A stretch of DNA of 64,000 nucleotides from Candidatus Bathyarchaeota archaeon (GTDB taxonomy: Archaea; Thermoproteota; Bathyarchaeia; Bathyarchaeales; DTEX01), in contig CAVQNT010000002.1 of assembly GCA_963714275.1 (NCBI GenBank), forward strand, positions 608,001-672,000, given 5' to 3'. Below are positions 21,393 to 32,117 of this stretch, piece by piece. Both the position numbers and the translations under genes were made by a program. The notes below the pieces were generated by a model. The model was given only the letters and a program-made list of their open reading frames with translations. It was not told the DNA's origin and did no database searches. Position 1 is the first letter of the stretch; each line of letters begins with the position of its first letter.

Positions 21393-21607
21393 GGTTTCTC
21401 GCCTTTAAGCATTTTTAGTTCTCTTTCGCCTTCCTGCGTTAAAGAATAGTAACCGTCCGAGAACACTAATATGCACTCTTTGTCTTTCAGTGCTTTCAGT
21501 TCTGACGCAAGGGTGTCGGTGTGGAGGTTGAGGTCTCTGGTCATCTGGGCGAAATTTGGATTCTTCTCTTTCTTTATGTAATCCAGTATCTTCATCCTTC
21601 GACTCAT
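21389..21607 (-). CDS. Small winged-helix DNA-binding protein
   Basis: HTH-like spacing and YSLTQEG wing motif. Confidence 0.65.
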   Translation of the reverse strand: MSRRMKILDYIKKEKNPNFAQMTRDLNLHTDTLASELKALKDKECILVFSDGYYSLTQEGERELKMLKGEKP

Positions 21608-21881
21608 GAACTATCTGCCCAATATAAAATTATTAAAGGCAAATATATTTTTTTTCACCGCCACACAGGCATGCAAGGTTCCAAAAAACCAGAGACAAAC
21701 AAAATACGTGTTTTAAGGCAACCAGAAAGTAAAAGCACTATGTCATCAACGTCTTATGGTTTTCCAAAAGGTTTAAAAGGTTAGAACATGAGAATTCTCA
21801 AAAGCCCATGTTTGGGATTTGCCAGCATCGTTCTTGAACGTTGCTGGACCATTGATGAGAATCTAAGGAAGATGAATGCGG

Positions 21882-21959
21882 ATGAGGGCCAAGTGGAAAA
21901 AGAAACGCATGCGGCGCGAAAAAAAGAAGAGAGAGAAAAGACGCGCTAGATACAAGTAA
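21882..21959 (+). CDS. rpl41e: Ribosomal protein eL41 (25 aa; absent from the ORF track)
   Basis: MRAKWKKKRMRREKKKREKRRARYK, closely resembling eukaryotic eL41 MRAKWRKKRMRR. Confidence 0.88.
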   Translation: MRAKWKKKRMRREKKKREKRRARYK

Positions 21960-22038
21960 AAATGCTCCGAGACATCGTGTAAGATTATTAGGTTCCACTT
22001 CTGATTTTATAGTTAAGCCGTAACGGACTGAAGAGATT

Positions 22039-24249
22039 ATGCCACGTTTCAGGCAGTTCCCCGACATAGTCAGGCTAATGGGCACAAAAGAAAACATCCG
22101 CAACGTCGGAATACTTGCCCACATCGACCACGGCAAAACGACAATGACCGACTCGCTTCTGGCAGAAGCTGGAATCCTGTCAAGAAACATTGCGGGACAA
22201 GCCCGAGCCCTCGACTATCTTGAGGAGGAACAGAAAAGGGGCATAACCATAAAAACCGCAAACATTTCCTTGCTGTACAAGGCTGAAAACCGTTCTTACG
22301 TGATTAACCTTGTCGACACGCCGGGGCACGTGGATTTCACGGGCAAAGTCACCCGTGCGTTGAGGGCGATTGACGGTACCATCGTGGTTGTGGACGCGGT
22401 TGAGGAACTCATGGTTCAAACAGAAACCGTGACAAAACAAGCCTTAAACGAACGCGTCAAACCAGTCCTTTTCGTAAATAAGATTGATAGGCTAATCCGA
22501 GAACTCAGACTGACCAGCGAAGAGATTCAAAAAAAGATGACGCGGATAATCAGCGACTTCAACAACCTAATCGAAACCTACGGCGAACCTAAATTCAAAC
22601 GTGAATGGAAGGTGGACCCAGCCAAGGGAAATGTGGCATTCGGTTCTGCGCTGCACAAATGGGGATTCACCGTTCACACCGCTAAAAAAAAGGACGTAAG
22701 ATTCGACGATGTGATTAAGGCATACCAAAATGAAGACTACGTAAAATTAATGGATACTGTTCCCCTTCACGAAGCAATCTTGGACATGGCCGTCAGGCAA
22801 CTACCCGACCCGTCTGAAGCTGCTAAATACAGAATTCCGAAAATTTGGAAAGGCTGTCTTGATTCGGAGATTGGTCAAGCCATGTTGAACTGCGACCCGA
22901 AAGGTCCAACCGTAATGTGCGTCACTAATATGCAGACAGACCCGAGCTTAGGGCTGATTGTAACGGGCAGACTGTTTTCTGGAAGCATCAAGACAGGTGA
23001 CCAAGTTTACCTAGTCGGCACTTCAAAACAATATAACGTTCAACAGGTGTCCGTTTGCATGGGTGCCTTCCGAGAAGCTGTCGATCACGTTGACGCAGGA
23101 AACATCGCTGCGCTGCTTGGGCTTGAAAAGGTGAAGGCTGGAGAAACCCTTGTGGACAGCTCGTACGCTGAGGGCATGGTTCCTTTCGAGCGGATCACCT
23201 ACGTGTCTGAGCCTGTTATAACAGCTGCCTTAGAGCCGAAGAACCCTAAAGATTTGAGGCGACTCGTGAAGGCGATGCAGAATCTGACAGTTGATGATCC
23301 GAATTTATCAGCGTCAATCCATAAAGAAACTGGCGAATACCTTCTCAGCGGAATAGGCGAGCTGCATCTGGAAATCGCCATAAAATCTTTGAAGGATCAC
23401 GCGCCGGGGTTGGAGGTAACAACGTCTTCGCCTATCGTTGTCTATCGGGAAACGGTGCCTAAAAAAAGTCCAGTGGTGCTTGCGAAGAGCCCGAACAAAC
23501 AAAACCTGTTCTGGGTTCAGGTTGAACCATTAGATGAAAAAGTCATTGAGATGATTGAGTCTGGAAACAAGAATGCCAACGTCGACCTTAAACGCATTAA
23601 AGAAAGCCTGAACCGCGAAGCAGGATGGCCAGCTGATGAAGCGGAAAACGTTTGGGCTGTCGATGAACACAGAAACGTCCTTGTGGTCCTAACAAAAAAC
23701 CTCAAACGCACAAAAAATGTTAAAAAGGCAGTCATAGACGGGTTCAAATGGGGTTGTCAAGCTGGACCGCTCTGCGAAGAGCCAATGAGAGGTATAAAAG
23801 TAAAACTGTTGAACGCCCAGCTCCACGAAGACACAGCTCAAAGTGGACCAGTACAAGTAACTCCCGCCGTGCGAAAAACGATATTTAGTGCCTTCTTATC
23901 AGCGGACCCTGTGCTTCTTGAGCCAGTTTACAGGATACAAGTCACGGTTCCCACGATGCGTATCGGTGAAGTCGACAGGTTGTTAGCCAAAAAACATGGA
24001 AAAATAGTTTCGACCGCCCTAAAAGGAACGGTCATGGTGATTGATGGCTACATTCCTGTGGCTGAAACCTTAGGATTAGCTTCGGAATTAAGGACATTAA
24101 CGTCAGGCTCTGCCTTATGGCAAACCCAGTTTGACCATTGGGGAAAAGTTGCCAAAACTCTTTCAGCCCAAAAAATTGTGGAGATTCGTAAAAGGAAGGG
24201 TCTGCCTCCCGAAGTTCTATCAGCAAAAAGGTTTTTGGACAAAGCCTAG
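22039..24249 (+). CDS. Elongation factor 2 paralog (aEF-2p type, lacks the diphthamide His)
   Basis: Intact AHIDHGKTT, RGITI, DTPGHVDF, NKID; domain IV reads LHEDTAQSG rather than ...HRG. Confidence 0.9.
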   Translation: MPRFRQFPDIVRLMGTKENIRNVGILAHIDHGKTTMTDSLLAEAGILSRNIAGQARALDYLEEEQKRGITIKTANISLLYKAENRSYVINLVDTPGHVDFTGKVTRALRAIDGTIVVVDAVEELMVQTETVTKQALNERVKPVLFVNKIDRLIRELRLTSEEIQKKMTRIISDFNNLIETYGEPKFKREWKVDPAKGNVAFGSALHKWGFTVHTAKKKDVRFDDVIKAYQNEDYVKLMDTVPLHEAILDMAVRQLPDPSEAAKYRIPKIWKGCLDSEIGQAMLNCDPKGPTVMCVTNMQTDPSLGLIVTGRLFSGSIKTGDQVYLVGTSKQYNVQQVSVCMGAFREAVDHVDAGNIAALLGLEKVKAGETLVDSSYAEGMVPFERITYVSEPVITAALEPKNPKDLRRLVKAMQNLTVDDPNLSASIHKETGEYLLSGIGELHLEIAIKSLKDHAPGLEVTTSSPIVVYRETVPKKSPVVLAKSPNKQNLFWVQVEPLDEKVIEMIESGNKNANVDLKRIKESLNREAGWPADEAENVWAVDEHRNVLVVLTKNLKRTKNVKKAVIDGFKWGCQAGPLCEEPMRGIKVKLLNAQLHEDTAQSGPVQVTPAVRKTIFSAFLSADPVLLEPVYRIQVTVPTMRIGEVDRLLAKKHGKIVSTALKGTVMVIDGYIPVAETLGLASELRTLTSGSALWQTQFDHWGKVAKTLSAQKIVEIRKRKGLPPEVLSAKRFLDKA

Positions 24250-24274
24250 AGTTTGAATACTAATTCCCTTAATT

Positions 24275-25155
24275 CTATGAATTTTTCACAGGTTGCCTAC
24301 AGTAGATTGAGCCGTCGCAGATTGAATTGTTGAGGCTGAAGAAATCCTTCTCTGCAGGTTGCAAACTTCAGCCCATGCTTGAGAACAATGTCTTTCAGCT
24401 CGCAAAGAATGTTCCACCTTACGGTTCGGTCCAAGTATTTGTACCCAGAAACCCATTCTCCCTCATTGTAAGCATCCTGCAGAACATCAAAAAGCTGTGG
24501 ATCTACGCTTTTAATCATTGGAAAAAGTCCTCTAACAAGCTTCAGCGTCGACGCGGTTACTTGTTTCACGCCGATGTCAGACTGAACGAGACACAATCAC
24601 TTCGAGTTCTTCGAGGTTCCAGTTCACGGACGGAATAATCGGGTCAATCCTTACAACGGTTGGAACGCCTTCGTCAGCAACCTGTTCTAAAGCCTTAAAC
24701 CTTGAACCTGGTGGTGAAGCATGGGGCTCAATTGTTCTGGCTGTTTCTTCCCGCGGAGTTGTGATGGTCATCGAGACAACTGTCTGGGTCTTCTTAAACA
24801 GGTCTAGGTCGCGAGTTACGAGGTCGGACTTAGTTACGACGAGAATGGGAAAGCCACGTTCAACAAGAACCTCAAGGCATCTCCTCGTTATCTCGTACTC
24901 TTCCTCAAGAGGCTGGTACGGATCAGTGGTGTCGCTGAGCATGACTGGTCGCCGATTTTTTGTCCGATCAGCCATTTTGGCTATGTCCTCTTTCAGCTTC
25001 AACCTAGGAATTACTGAACCTCTGAAACTCGGAAATTTGACTGCATAACAATAGATGCATCCGTGCGTGCACCTGCCTAGATAGGGATTGATGTTATATT
25101 TTGGAAGACACGTGCAGAATGCAGACTTGACAACGTTGAAGACTGGGAGCTGCAT
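24275..25155 (-). CDS. Radical SAM protein, spore-photoproduct-lyase-like, indels near 24580 and 24335
   Basis: CTHGCIYCYA, TDPYQPLE, VVTKSDL, RIDPIIP, C-terminal CRE...CDG. Confidence 0.85.
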
Positions 25156-25290
25156 GACACCTAACCACTATAAAAAATGTTCACGACCTGTCTTAATAGG
25201 GATGTGATGTTTCGTGTTTTTATAAATAGATGTAAAATGTTAAAAGACAAAAAAGCATCCCTAGTAAGGTAAGAAGAGGAGAATGACAAA

Positions 25291-28200
25291 ATGAACATGA
25301 AAGAGTTTAGGAACCCAAGCAAGGAATACAGGCCATCGCCTTTCTGGTCGTGGAACGACGCTTTGGACCCTGAAGAACTGTGCTGGCAAGTACGAGAATT
25401 CGCTGACAAAGGGTTCGGCGGATACTTCATGCATTCCCGAGTTGGGCTTGCCACCGCCTACCTTTCTGAAGAATGGATGAAATGCATAAAAGCCTGCCTG
25501 AAAGAGGGCAAAAAAGTCGGCACAGAGTCTTGGCTCTACGACGAAGACAAGTGGCCAAGCGGATTCGCAGGAGGCTTCGTGCCAGCAAAAAGCGACGAGT
25601 ACCGAAGCAAATTCGTTTCCTACAAAGAAATAAAAGCGGAAGAAGTAGCTAAGGTTTTGAAAGACCCATCTCTACTTGGACTGTACGAAATCGAGTTTTC
25701 TTCACTTACGACGATAGAGAGCTTTAAGCGTGCGAAAAAGAAAACTGACGTTAAGGGCGACAAACGTCTTTTCATGTTCAAGGTCCAAACGGTTGAACGG
25801 GACAACTGGTTCAACGGCGAGAGCTACGTTGACCTTCTGAACCCAGAGGTAACCGAGGAGTTTCTAAAGGTAACCCATGACGCTTATGCCAAAAAGTTCA
25901 GGAAAGATTTTGGGGAGTATATGCCTGGCATGTTCACGGATGAACCCAATTACATAAGGGGTAATGCGTTTCCTTGGACAGAAGGCTTTGACTATTATTT
26001 TCTGAGGCACAACAACTACGATGTTTTTGAGAAGCTTCCGCTTTTACTTTACGACGGCAAAGGCTGCAAGAAGGTGCGGTACGATTTCTGGAGAACCGTC
26101 ACTTTACGTTTCGTTGAGGCTTGGACAATTCCTTACGCGGAAAGATGCGAAAAACTTGGCTTAATGATGACTGGCCACTACCTCTCTGAGGACACTCTTG
26201 ACTCCCAAATCAGAGTGATCGGCGCAGCCATGCCACATTACGAGTATCAGCAGCTACCTGGCATAGACCATCTGGGACGAAACATCCGAGACCCCCTTAC
26301 TTTAAAGCAATGCTCCAGCGTTTCGCACCAGTTCGGGAGGACACGGGTTCTTTCGGAGATTTTCGGAACCAGCGGACAATGCATGACGTTTGAGGACCAG
26401 AAGTGGATGGGCGACTTCCACCTTGCCCTCGGAATAACGTTCTTCTGTCCGCACCTCGCGCTTTACACGATGAAAGGCGAAGCGAAAAGAGATTGGCCAC
26501 CGACAAACAGTTATCATCAACCATACTGGGAAAACTACAGGCTCGTTAACGACTACCACTCGCGAGGAGGATACCTGTGTTCCCAAGGAAAGTTCAACGC
26601 AGACATCATTTTGCTTCATTCGATAGGTAGTGCGTGGGCAACCTTCACGCCTATTGTTGAAGGGCACGAGACGCCAGTCTGGAAATACCACAACGCGCTT
26701 GTTAAGCTCCAAGACGACCTTCTTGCGCTGCACAGAGACTTTGACTACGGCGACGAAATCATCCTTTCCCGTCATGGGCATGTGAGAGGAAAAGAGTTCA
26801 TCGTGAAGGAGGGTCGATACAGAATCGTCGTTGTGCCTCCGTCCTTAACGTGGGCAAAAACCACCATCAAACTATTGACCAAATTCATGAACGCAGGCGG
26901 CAAGGTGCTGTTTGTCGGCGAAATCCCAACTATGATTGACGGCTGCTCATGTTCAGTTTGCAGCAGAAAAATAAAAGCTGTTCTTGCGCATCCCAATGCT
27001 GTTAAGGTCAGTGCAGAAAAAGAGGACATTGCTCAAGCTTTGGACAAGATTCTGCCGAGAGCAGTCAGCGTTGCCGACGAAAAAGGCATCGAAATCGGCG
27101 ACATACTCGTGCACCACAGGGTTGTGGGAAAACGGCACATTTACTTTTTCGCGAACACAAGCCGAACCAACAGCTACGATGTAACAATCGAACTTTCTGA
27201 AAAAGGCGAAGCGACAGAATGGGACCTGTACACTGGAGATGTTTCATCGGTTGACGCTTCGACCAGTCAGGGAAAGACCATCATTAAAACACGGTTCTAT
27301 CCTACGGGCAGTCATGCGTTTGTTGTGGACGCCACGAAGCCAGCTGTAAAAAAGACCTCGCCCTCTGTCGCGAAGGCGGAAGAGAAGGTTACGAAGCTGC
27401 CGCTGAATGGAGCTTCAATCGCTTGCATCCGAATTCGTTGACGTTGGACACCTGCAAATATTCTCTCGAATGCGGAGGATGGACTGAGTACATGCCCGTT
27501 TGGAAGACTCGCAGGGAAATCTGGAAAGACACGGGACTAGGAAACTACATCGGCATACAGCCGTGGACCTTGATGCAGAAGAAGATTAAGCCCAAGAAAA
27601 CTTACAAATTACAGATACAAACAAAGTTTCTGTCGGAAGTAAAGGACAAAAAAGTGTTCCTCGTCGTCGAAAATGCTCCGTTGTGGAAGCTGACAATCAA
27701 CGGAAAAATCTTCTCCACCTACGTTAAAGAGTGGCATTGGGACAAGCAGTTCGGAAAAATCGACATATCTAAAGCCGTCAAAATCGGCGAAAACGTTGTT
27801 GAGCTTTCATGCCAGTTCAACATCGACACTCCAATAGAAGACGTGTACCTTGTCGGCGAGTTCGGAGTCAAAAAACTTTCAGACACCGAATACACACTTA
27901 CAGACGAACCCAAAACTCTAAAGAACGGAGACTGGGTTAAGCAAGGCTACCCGTTCTACGCTGGGACAATGCGATACAAGGCAACCTTTAACCTCGAAGA
28001 GAACCCGAAAGATGGCGAACGCATCTTGATACGTTTGCCTGAAGCCAAAGGAACCCTCTTCCAAGTTAAAGTGAACAGAAAAGGACCCGTGCCCATTGTC
28101 TGGCGTCCCTTGGAGGCTGACGTAACCGACTACGTGCAGAAGGGCAAGAACGAGCTAACAGTGGACGTTATAAGCTCGTTGAGGAACACCTTCGGTCCGT

Positions 28201-28352
28201 TGCACAATAAACTGGCTACCCCGTACTTCCCTTTACATTACTTGGTTGGTCCCTTCTCCTTCACGGACGAACACAACTGGACCGACGCCTACATACATGT
28301 CCCATACGGCCTAATCAACGGCGCAGAAATGGTCATAAGAAAACAGGATTGA
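25291..28352 (+). CDS. Large glycoside hydrolase, GH106 (alpha-L-rhamnosidase)-like, indel near 27401
   Basis: PFWSWN, MHSRVG, WLYDEDKWPSG, FTDEP, PGIDHL, RVLSE; beta-sandwich C-terminus with RNTFGPLH. Confidence 0.82.
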
Positions 28353-28420
28353 ACTCCCACATGAGAATTGGCAACACCTCCGCAGCGGGTTGAATGATGA
28401 GAACCCGAAACCTTTTTTCT

Positions 28421-28945
28421 TTACCAGGGGGTCTTTTTCAGCCTTAACAAATAGGCCATGATATTGACCATAAAATGAATCGGAGCGGTCAAGACGATGA
28501 TGATGAAAGCGTACGTGAGGGTGGGCGGCTGGACTGGTAGGCTGAAAAGAAGCGCCATCAACATGAAATCCAGTTGGTCAGATATGGGTAAATGTACGCC
28601 TGATTTGAGGTTCATTCGGCGTTTAATGAAAGACCCAAGTAAGTCACCCATTAAAGCTCCAAGGGACAGGACAAACCCGAGGACAACGCTTCCTTTAGGC
28701 AACCCCACGCTTGGTCCGAGGATTTCTTGGACCCACCCTACGAAGGTTCCGATTAAGATGCCAAAGACGAAGCCACGGATTGTCTTATGTGAGCCAAAAA
28801 CGGGTTTTCCGTCTCGAAACATTTTTCCGCCATCAATGGGTCTGCCACCTCCGAACAGTACGGGTGCTCCGTTGGCGCAGTAGGCAGGGAAAATGTAGTA
28901 TAGGGCGTTGAATATTTCGAGGGCAACAGTGTTGGCTACGCTCAT
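28421..28945 (-). CDS. carS: CDP-archaeol synthase
   Basis: PAYCANGAPV, FGSHKTIRG, GDLLGSFIKRR, DQLDF. Confidence 0.93.
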   Translation of the reverse strand: MSVANTVALEIFNALYYIFPAYCANGAPVLFGGGRPIDGGKMFRDGKPVFGSHKTIRGFVFGILIGTFVGWVQEILGPSVGLPKGSVVLGFVLSLGALMGDLLGSFIKRRMNLKSGVHLPISDQLDFMLMALLFSLPVQPPTLTYAFIIIVLTAPIHFMVNIMAYLLRLKKTPW

Positions 28946-29091
28946 TGCTCCGGTCTCACTTGGCTTTTAACTTATTTCTTTCCTTTTCATAAGGTTGGGC
29001 ATTAATTAAGCTTAATCAATCGCAGCTTAGTATGTCATGCCAAAAAGAATAAGTGTTTAATTGAATACCTTTTTTGTCTGAAGTGACGTTT

Positions 29092-29280
29092 GTGCCTGTT
29101 GTGATTATTGAGATGTGGGAAGGAAGAACACCTGAAGACAAAGAGAAGCTGATTAAGGGCATAACCAGAGCCTTCGAGGAAATCGGCGTAAAGTCTGAGT
29201 GGCTTCACATTATCATGCACGACATTCCGAGAACGAACTGGGGCAACAAGGGACAACAAGCATCCAAAATGACGCCCTAA
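29092..29280 (+). CDS. 4-oxalocrotonate tautomerase family
   Basis: GTG start gives the catalytic Pro-1 (PVVIIEMWEGRT...NWG). Confidence 0.85.
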   Translation: MPVVIIEMWEGRTPEDKEKLIKGITRAFEEIGVKSEWLHIIMHDIPRTNWGNKGQQASKMTP

Positions 29281-29282
29281 AA

Positions 29283-29942
29283 TCACGTTTCGAACCATGC
29301 CTTCCGTAAATCCATAACCTCAACCTGCGTTGTCCCTTTAAGTTCATCAATGAACACTTGGGTCTTACTTAGCTCAGGTTCAGGTAACTTATTGTTGTAA
29401 TTGTCATATCCAACGTAGACTGTTTCAGGCTTAATCTCTTTTATCCAGTCGGCGAATTCTGGGTCATAGTTCAGAATCGGTTCTACGACAACCGCCTTGT
29501 GTTTCCAATCCAAACTTTTCATCGCCTCGAACCTCTCTTTCTGTGGAGGAGCCAATGAAAGCTTGTAGGTTCTGTTCGTTTCTATTGTCGCTCCGAGTAC
29601 CATGTTATCCGTGAACATGCCCAGAAACTCGCTGTATCTCTTAGGATTTTTTGTCAAAAACAGGAAACGCATCTTCGGCTTTGCAGTCAGCACATTTAGG
29701 ACTTTATTTATCCATTCTTTCGGAACCCATTCGCCCCACATTTCCCCCATGTCTGAAACAAAAATGAACTCGCCTTTCGGAAGCTTCTGTTTCAGCCGCC
29801 AATCAGCGAAGGTTGGCTTAAACCCGTTCGTCTTGTAGGGTTCAATGTCCATGGCAGCTAATCTTTTCGCATAATTTCTAGCCCAGCAGTAAACGCAATT
29901 GTATATGCAGCCAGTAATCGGATTCCAAGTGTCCATCAGCAT
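29283..29942 (-). CDS. DUF5131 (Gp37/Gp68-like) radical-SAM-type protein
   Basis: TWNPITGCIYNCVYCWA, FVSDMGE, FLTKNP. Confidence 0.8.
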   Translation of the reverse strand: MLMDTWNPITGCIYNCVYCWARNYAKRLAAMDIEPYKTNGFKPTFADWRLKQKLPKGEFIFVSDMGEMWGEWVPKEWINKVLNVLTAKPKMRFLFLTKNPKRYSEFLGMFTDNMVLGATIETNRTYKLSLAPPQKERFEAMKSLDWKHKAVVVEPILNYDPEFADWIKEIKPETVYVGYDNYNNKLPEPELSKTQVFIDELKGTTQVEVMDLRKAWFET

Positions 29943-29949
29943 CTCTCCA

Positions 29950-30625
29950 TCATGGTTTCGAGCGAGAAGAAAAGATGAAATCAAGGATTTTTTTAGTTTC
30001 GTTTAAAGAATCTACGATTAGGTCCGGCTTTTCCTTCTCGAGTTCCGCTTTTGTGTATGCGCCTGACGGAATCGCAATGCACCTCATGTTCGCACTTCTC
30101 GCAGCTACCACGCCGAACACCGAATCCTCAAAAACCACGCAGTTTTCAGGCGGACACCCCATTTTCGATGCGCAGTCGAGAAAAATTTCAGGGTCAGGTT
30201 TTGGTTTTTTCACCTCGTCTGCTGTGATAACGAAATCGAAAAAGCCATCAAGCCCTTTCATCCTGAGAAGCCTGTCAATGACAGGTCTGTTGCTCATGGT
30301 TGCCAAACCGATTTTGAGTCTAAAACGCAGCGAATCCAGCAGCTCAATGGCTCCATCGAAAAGTTCGATTTCGCCAAACAATTCAGATTGAATTATTGTT
30401 TTCTTCTCCATAAGTCCATCAACCATTGACTCGTCAAAGGCAATGTCATTAGAGCTGAAGTGCGTCCTTGAACATGTTCCGTGCGCCTATCCCGATTCGT
30501 CTAACCAGAAACTCGTCGCTGACAACGCAGCCAATTCCGCGCAGAACCTTTTGGAACGAAAAAACAACAACGGGCATGGTGTCAGCTAAGGTTCCGTCCC
30601 AATCGAAAATTACAGCCCCAAACAT
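29950..30625 (-). CDS. HAD-superfamily phosphatase, indel near 30455
   Basis: FDWDGTL (read upstream of the listed ORF), KPDPEIF, FEDSVFG. Confidence 0.88.
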
Positions 30626-30647
30626 CGCTACACACTTCTTTGTTCAA

Positions 30648-31349
30648 TTAGGTTTTTAAACGGTAATCCTGCAGTCCCTCTTCTCCGATGACCAAGTAAA
30701 AAGATGTTTTTGTGTCTTTTCCCCCGCTTTTCTCCACGGACACCTTAACCATGTTCCGCGTACCTACCCGTAACAAGCCAACGATGGAGTCACACCAAAA
30801 CTTCATAACTCTCGTTGCGACGGGAGCAATGTCAGCCTCAGGCATCACGCTTCTAACCTGGCTTACAAGAAGAATAGACAATTCAAGTTTCCTGGCAATC
30901 TCAGCCAACGTTGCGACTTGACGGTTTAATTCGCGGTTCAGGTTGAATGTTTCCTTCTTGTTCAGAAGCTCCGAACGGTAAAGTGACGTGACCGTGTCGA
31001 AAACGATTAAACCGAACCTTCTGCCCACGAACCTTTCAAGATTGTCTACAAGCGCAACCTGATCCTCAAATGCTGTGGGTTTCGCGACGATGATTGAGTC
31101 AGAAACCACCACGAAATCCTGAGCAGCAATCTGAGACAACCTCTCAGGCAAAAAAGTTCCTTCACAATCCACGTACAAAGTCTTGAAGCCTAAGCGGGCA
31201 CAGTTCACCGCGCACTGCATAGCCAAAGCGGACTTACCTGTCTCTGCCTCGCCGTACAACAAGCACATTTCACGCTGCGGTAACCCGCCATCTAACGCTT
31301 GGTCAAGCAAACTGCTTCCAGTCGGTATCAGACGCTTCACGACTTTCAC
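30648..31349 (-). CDS. radB: DNA repair protein RadB
   Basis: LDQALDGG, GEAETGKS Walker A, YVDCEG, SQV. Confidence 0.85.
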   Translation of the reverse strand: MKVVKRLIPTGSSLLDQALDGGLPQREMCLLYGEAETGKSALAMQCAVNCARLGFKTLYVDCEGTFLPERLSQIAAQDFVVVSDSIIVAKPTAFEDQVALVDNLERFVGRRFGLIVFDTVTSLYRSELLNKKETFNLNRELNRQVATLAEIARKLELSILLVSQVRSVMPEADIAPVATRVMKFWCDSIVGLLRVGTRNMVKVSVEKSGGKDTKTSFYLVIGEEGLQDYRLKT

Positions 31350-31487
31350 ATCAATAGAAAAATGGACTTTTAAGACTTAAATCCTACTCTGATTGATGGC
31401 TGTTTCTGTAATTATTATTGTAAGTGGGAACCAATGTAAAGCTTAAATTCTGTTCGCGGTTTTGTTACAAGTATCAAGGGGCGTACC

Positions 31488-32117
31488 ATGAGTTCCAAAA
31501 TAGCAGTGGCCACGGTCTCAGGTAAAGCTTACTATTTGTTAGTGAACGAGCTTAGGCAGAGAAAACTGCTTTTCCTAAGCTGCATCCCAGACAAGCCAAT
31601 TCCGCCTTCAATACAGGTTGTCATAACAACGGAAACCGAAAGACCAGCCGTGAAATATCCCAATGTCTTGGTTTACAATCCCGAAAGTGAACCCTCCGAA
31701 ATCATCGACGAAGCTATACGCATAATCCAAAGCAAAGAAGCCTACAAGGAAGTTACTGTCGGAATCGACCCGGGCAAAAACTTCGGCGTAGCAGTTCTCG
31801 GCGATGGTAGAATTCTGAAGAAGACTCAAAGCTTTTCCTTAGAAAAAGCGGTTGACACGGTTCTGATGGAAATCAAGAAGAATCCGGCTCAAAGGCGCCA
31901 TGTAAAGGTTGGGAACGGAATCCCGGAACTTGCTGAGGAAATTGCGTCTCGGCTGAACACGGCATTACCTGACGACGTGTCGATAGAATTGGTGAGCGAA
32001 GTTGGTACGAGCATCTTGAAAAGCGATGGATCAAAAAGGAAGGCAACCGACGCAGACTCAGCCATAGAGATAGCCAGAAAAAACGGGCAAATAAAGACTA
32101 GAAGGAAGAATGGCTGA
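31488..32117 (+). CDS. RNase H-fold protein of unknown function
   Basis: VGIDPGKNFGVAV, KVGNG, VSEVGTS, DADSAIEIA. Confidence 0.65.
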   Translation: MSSKIAVATVSGKAYYLLVNELRQRKLLFLSCIPDKPIPPSIQVVITTETERPAVKYPNVLVYNPESEPSEIIDEAIRIIQSKEAYKEVTVGIDPGKNFGVAVLGDGRILKKTQSFSLEKAVDTVLMEIKKNPAQRRHVKVGNGIPELAEEIASRLNTALPDDVSIELVSEVGTSILKSDGSKRKATDADSAIEIARKNGQIKTRRKNG

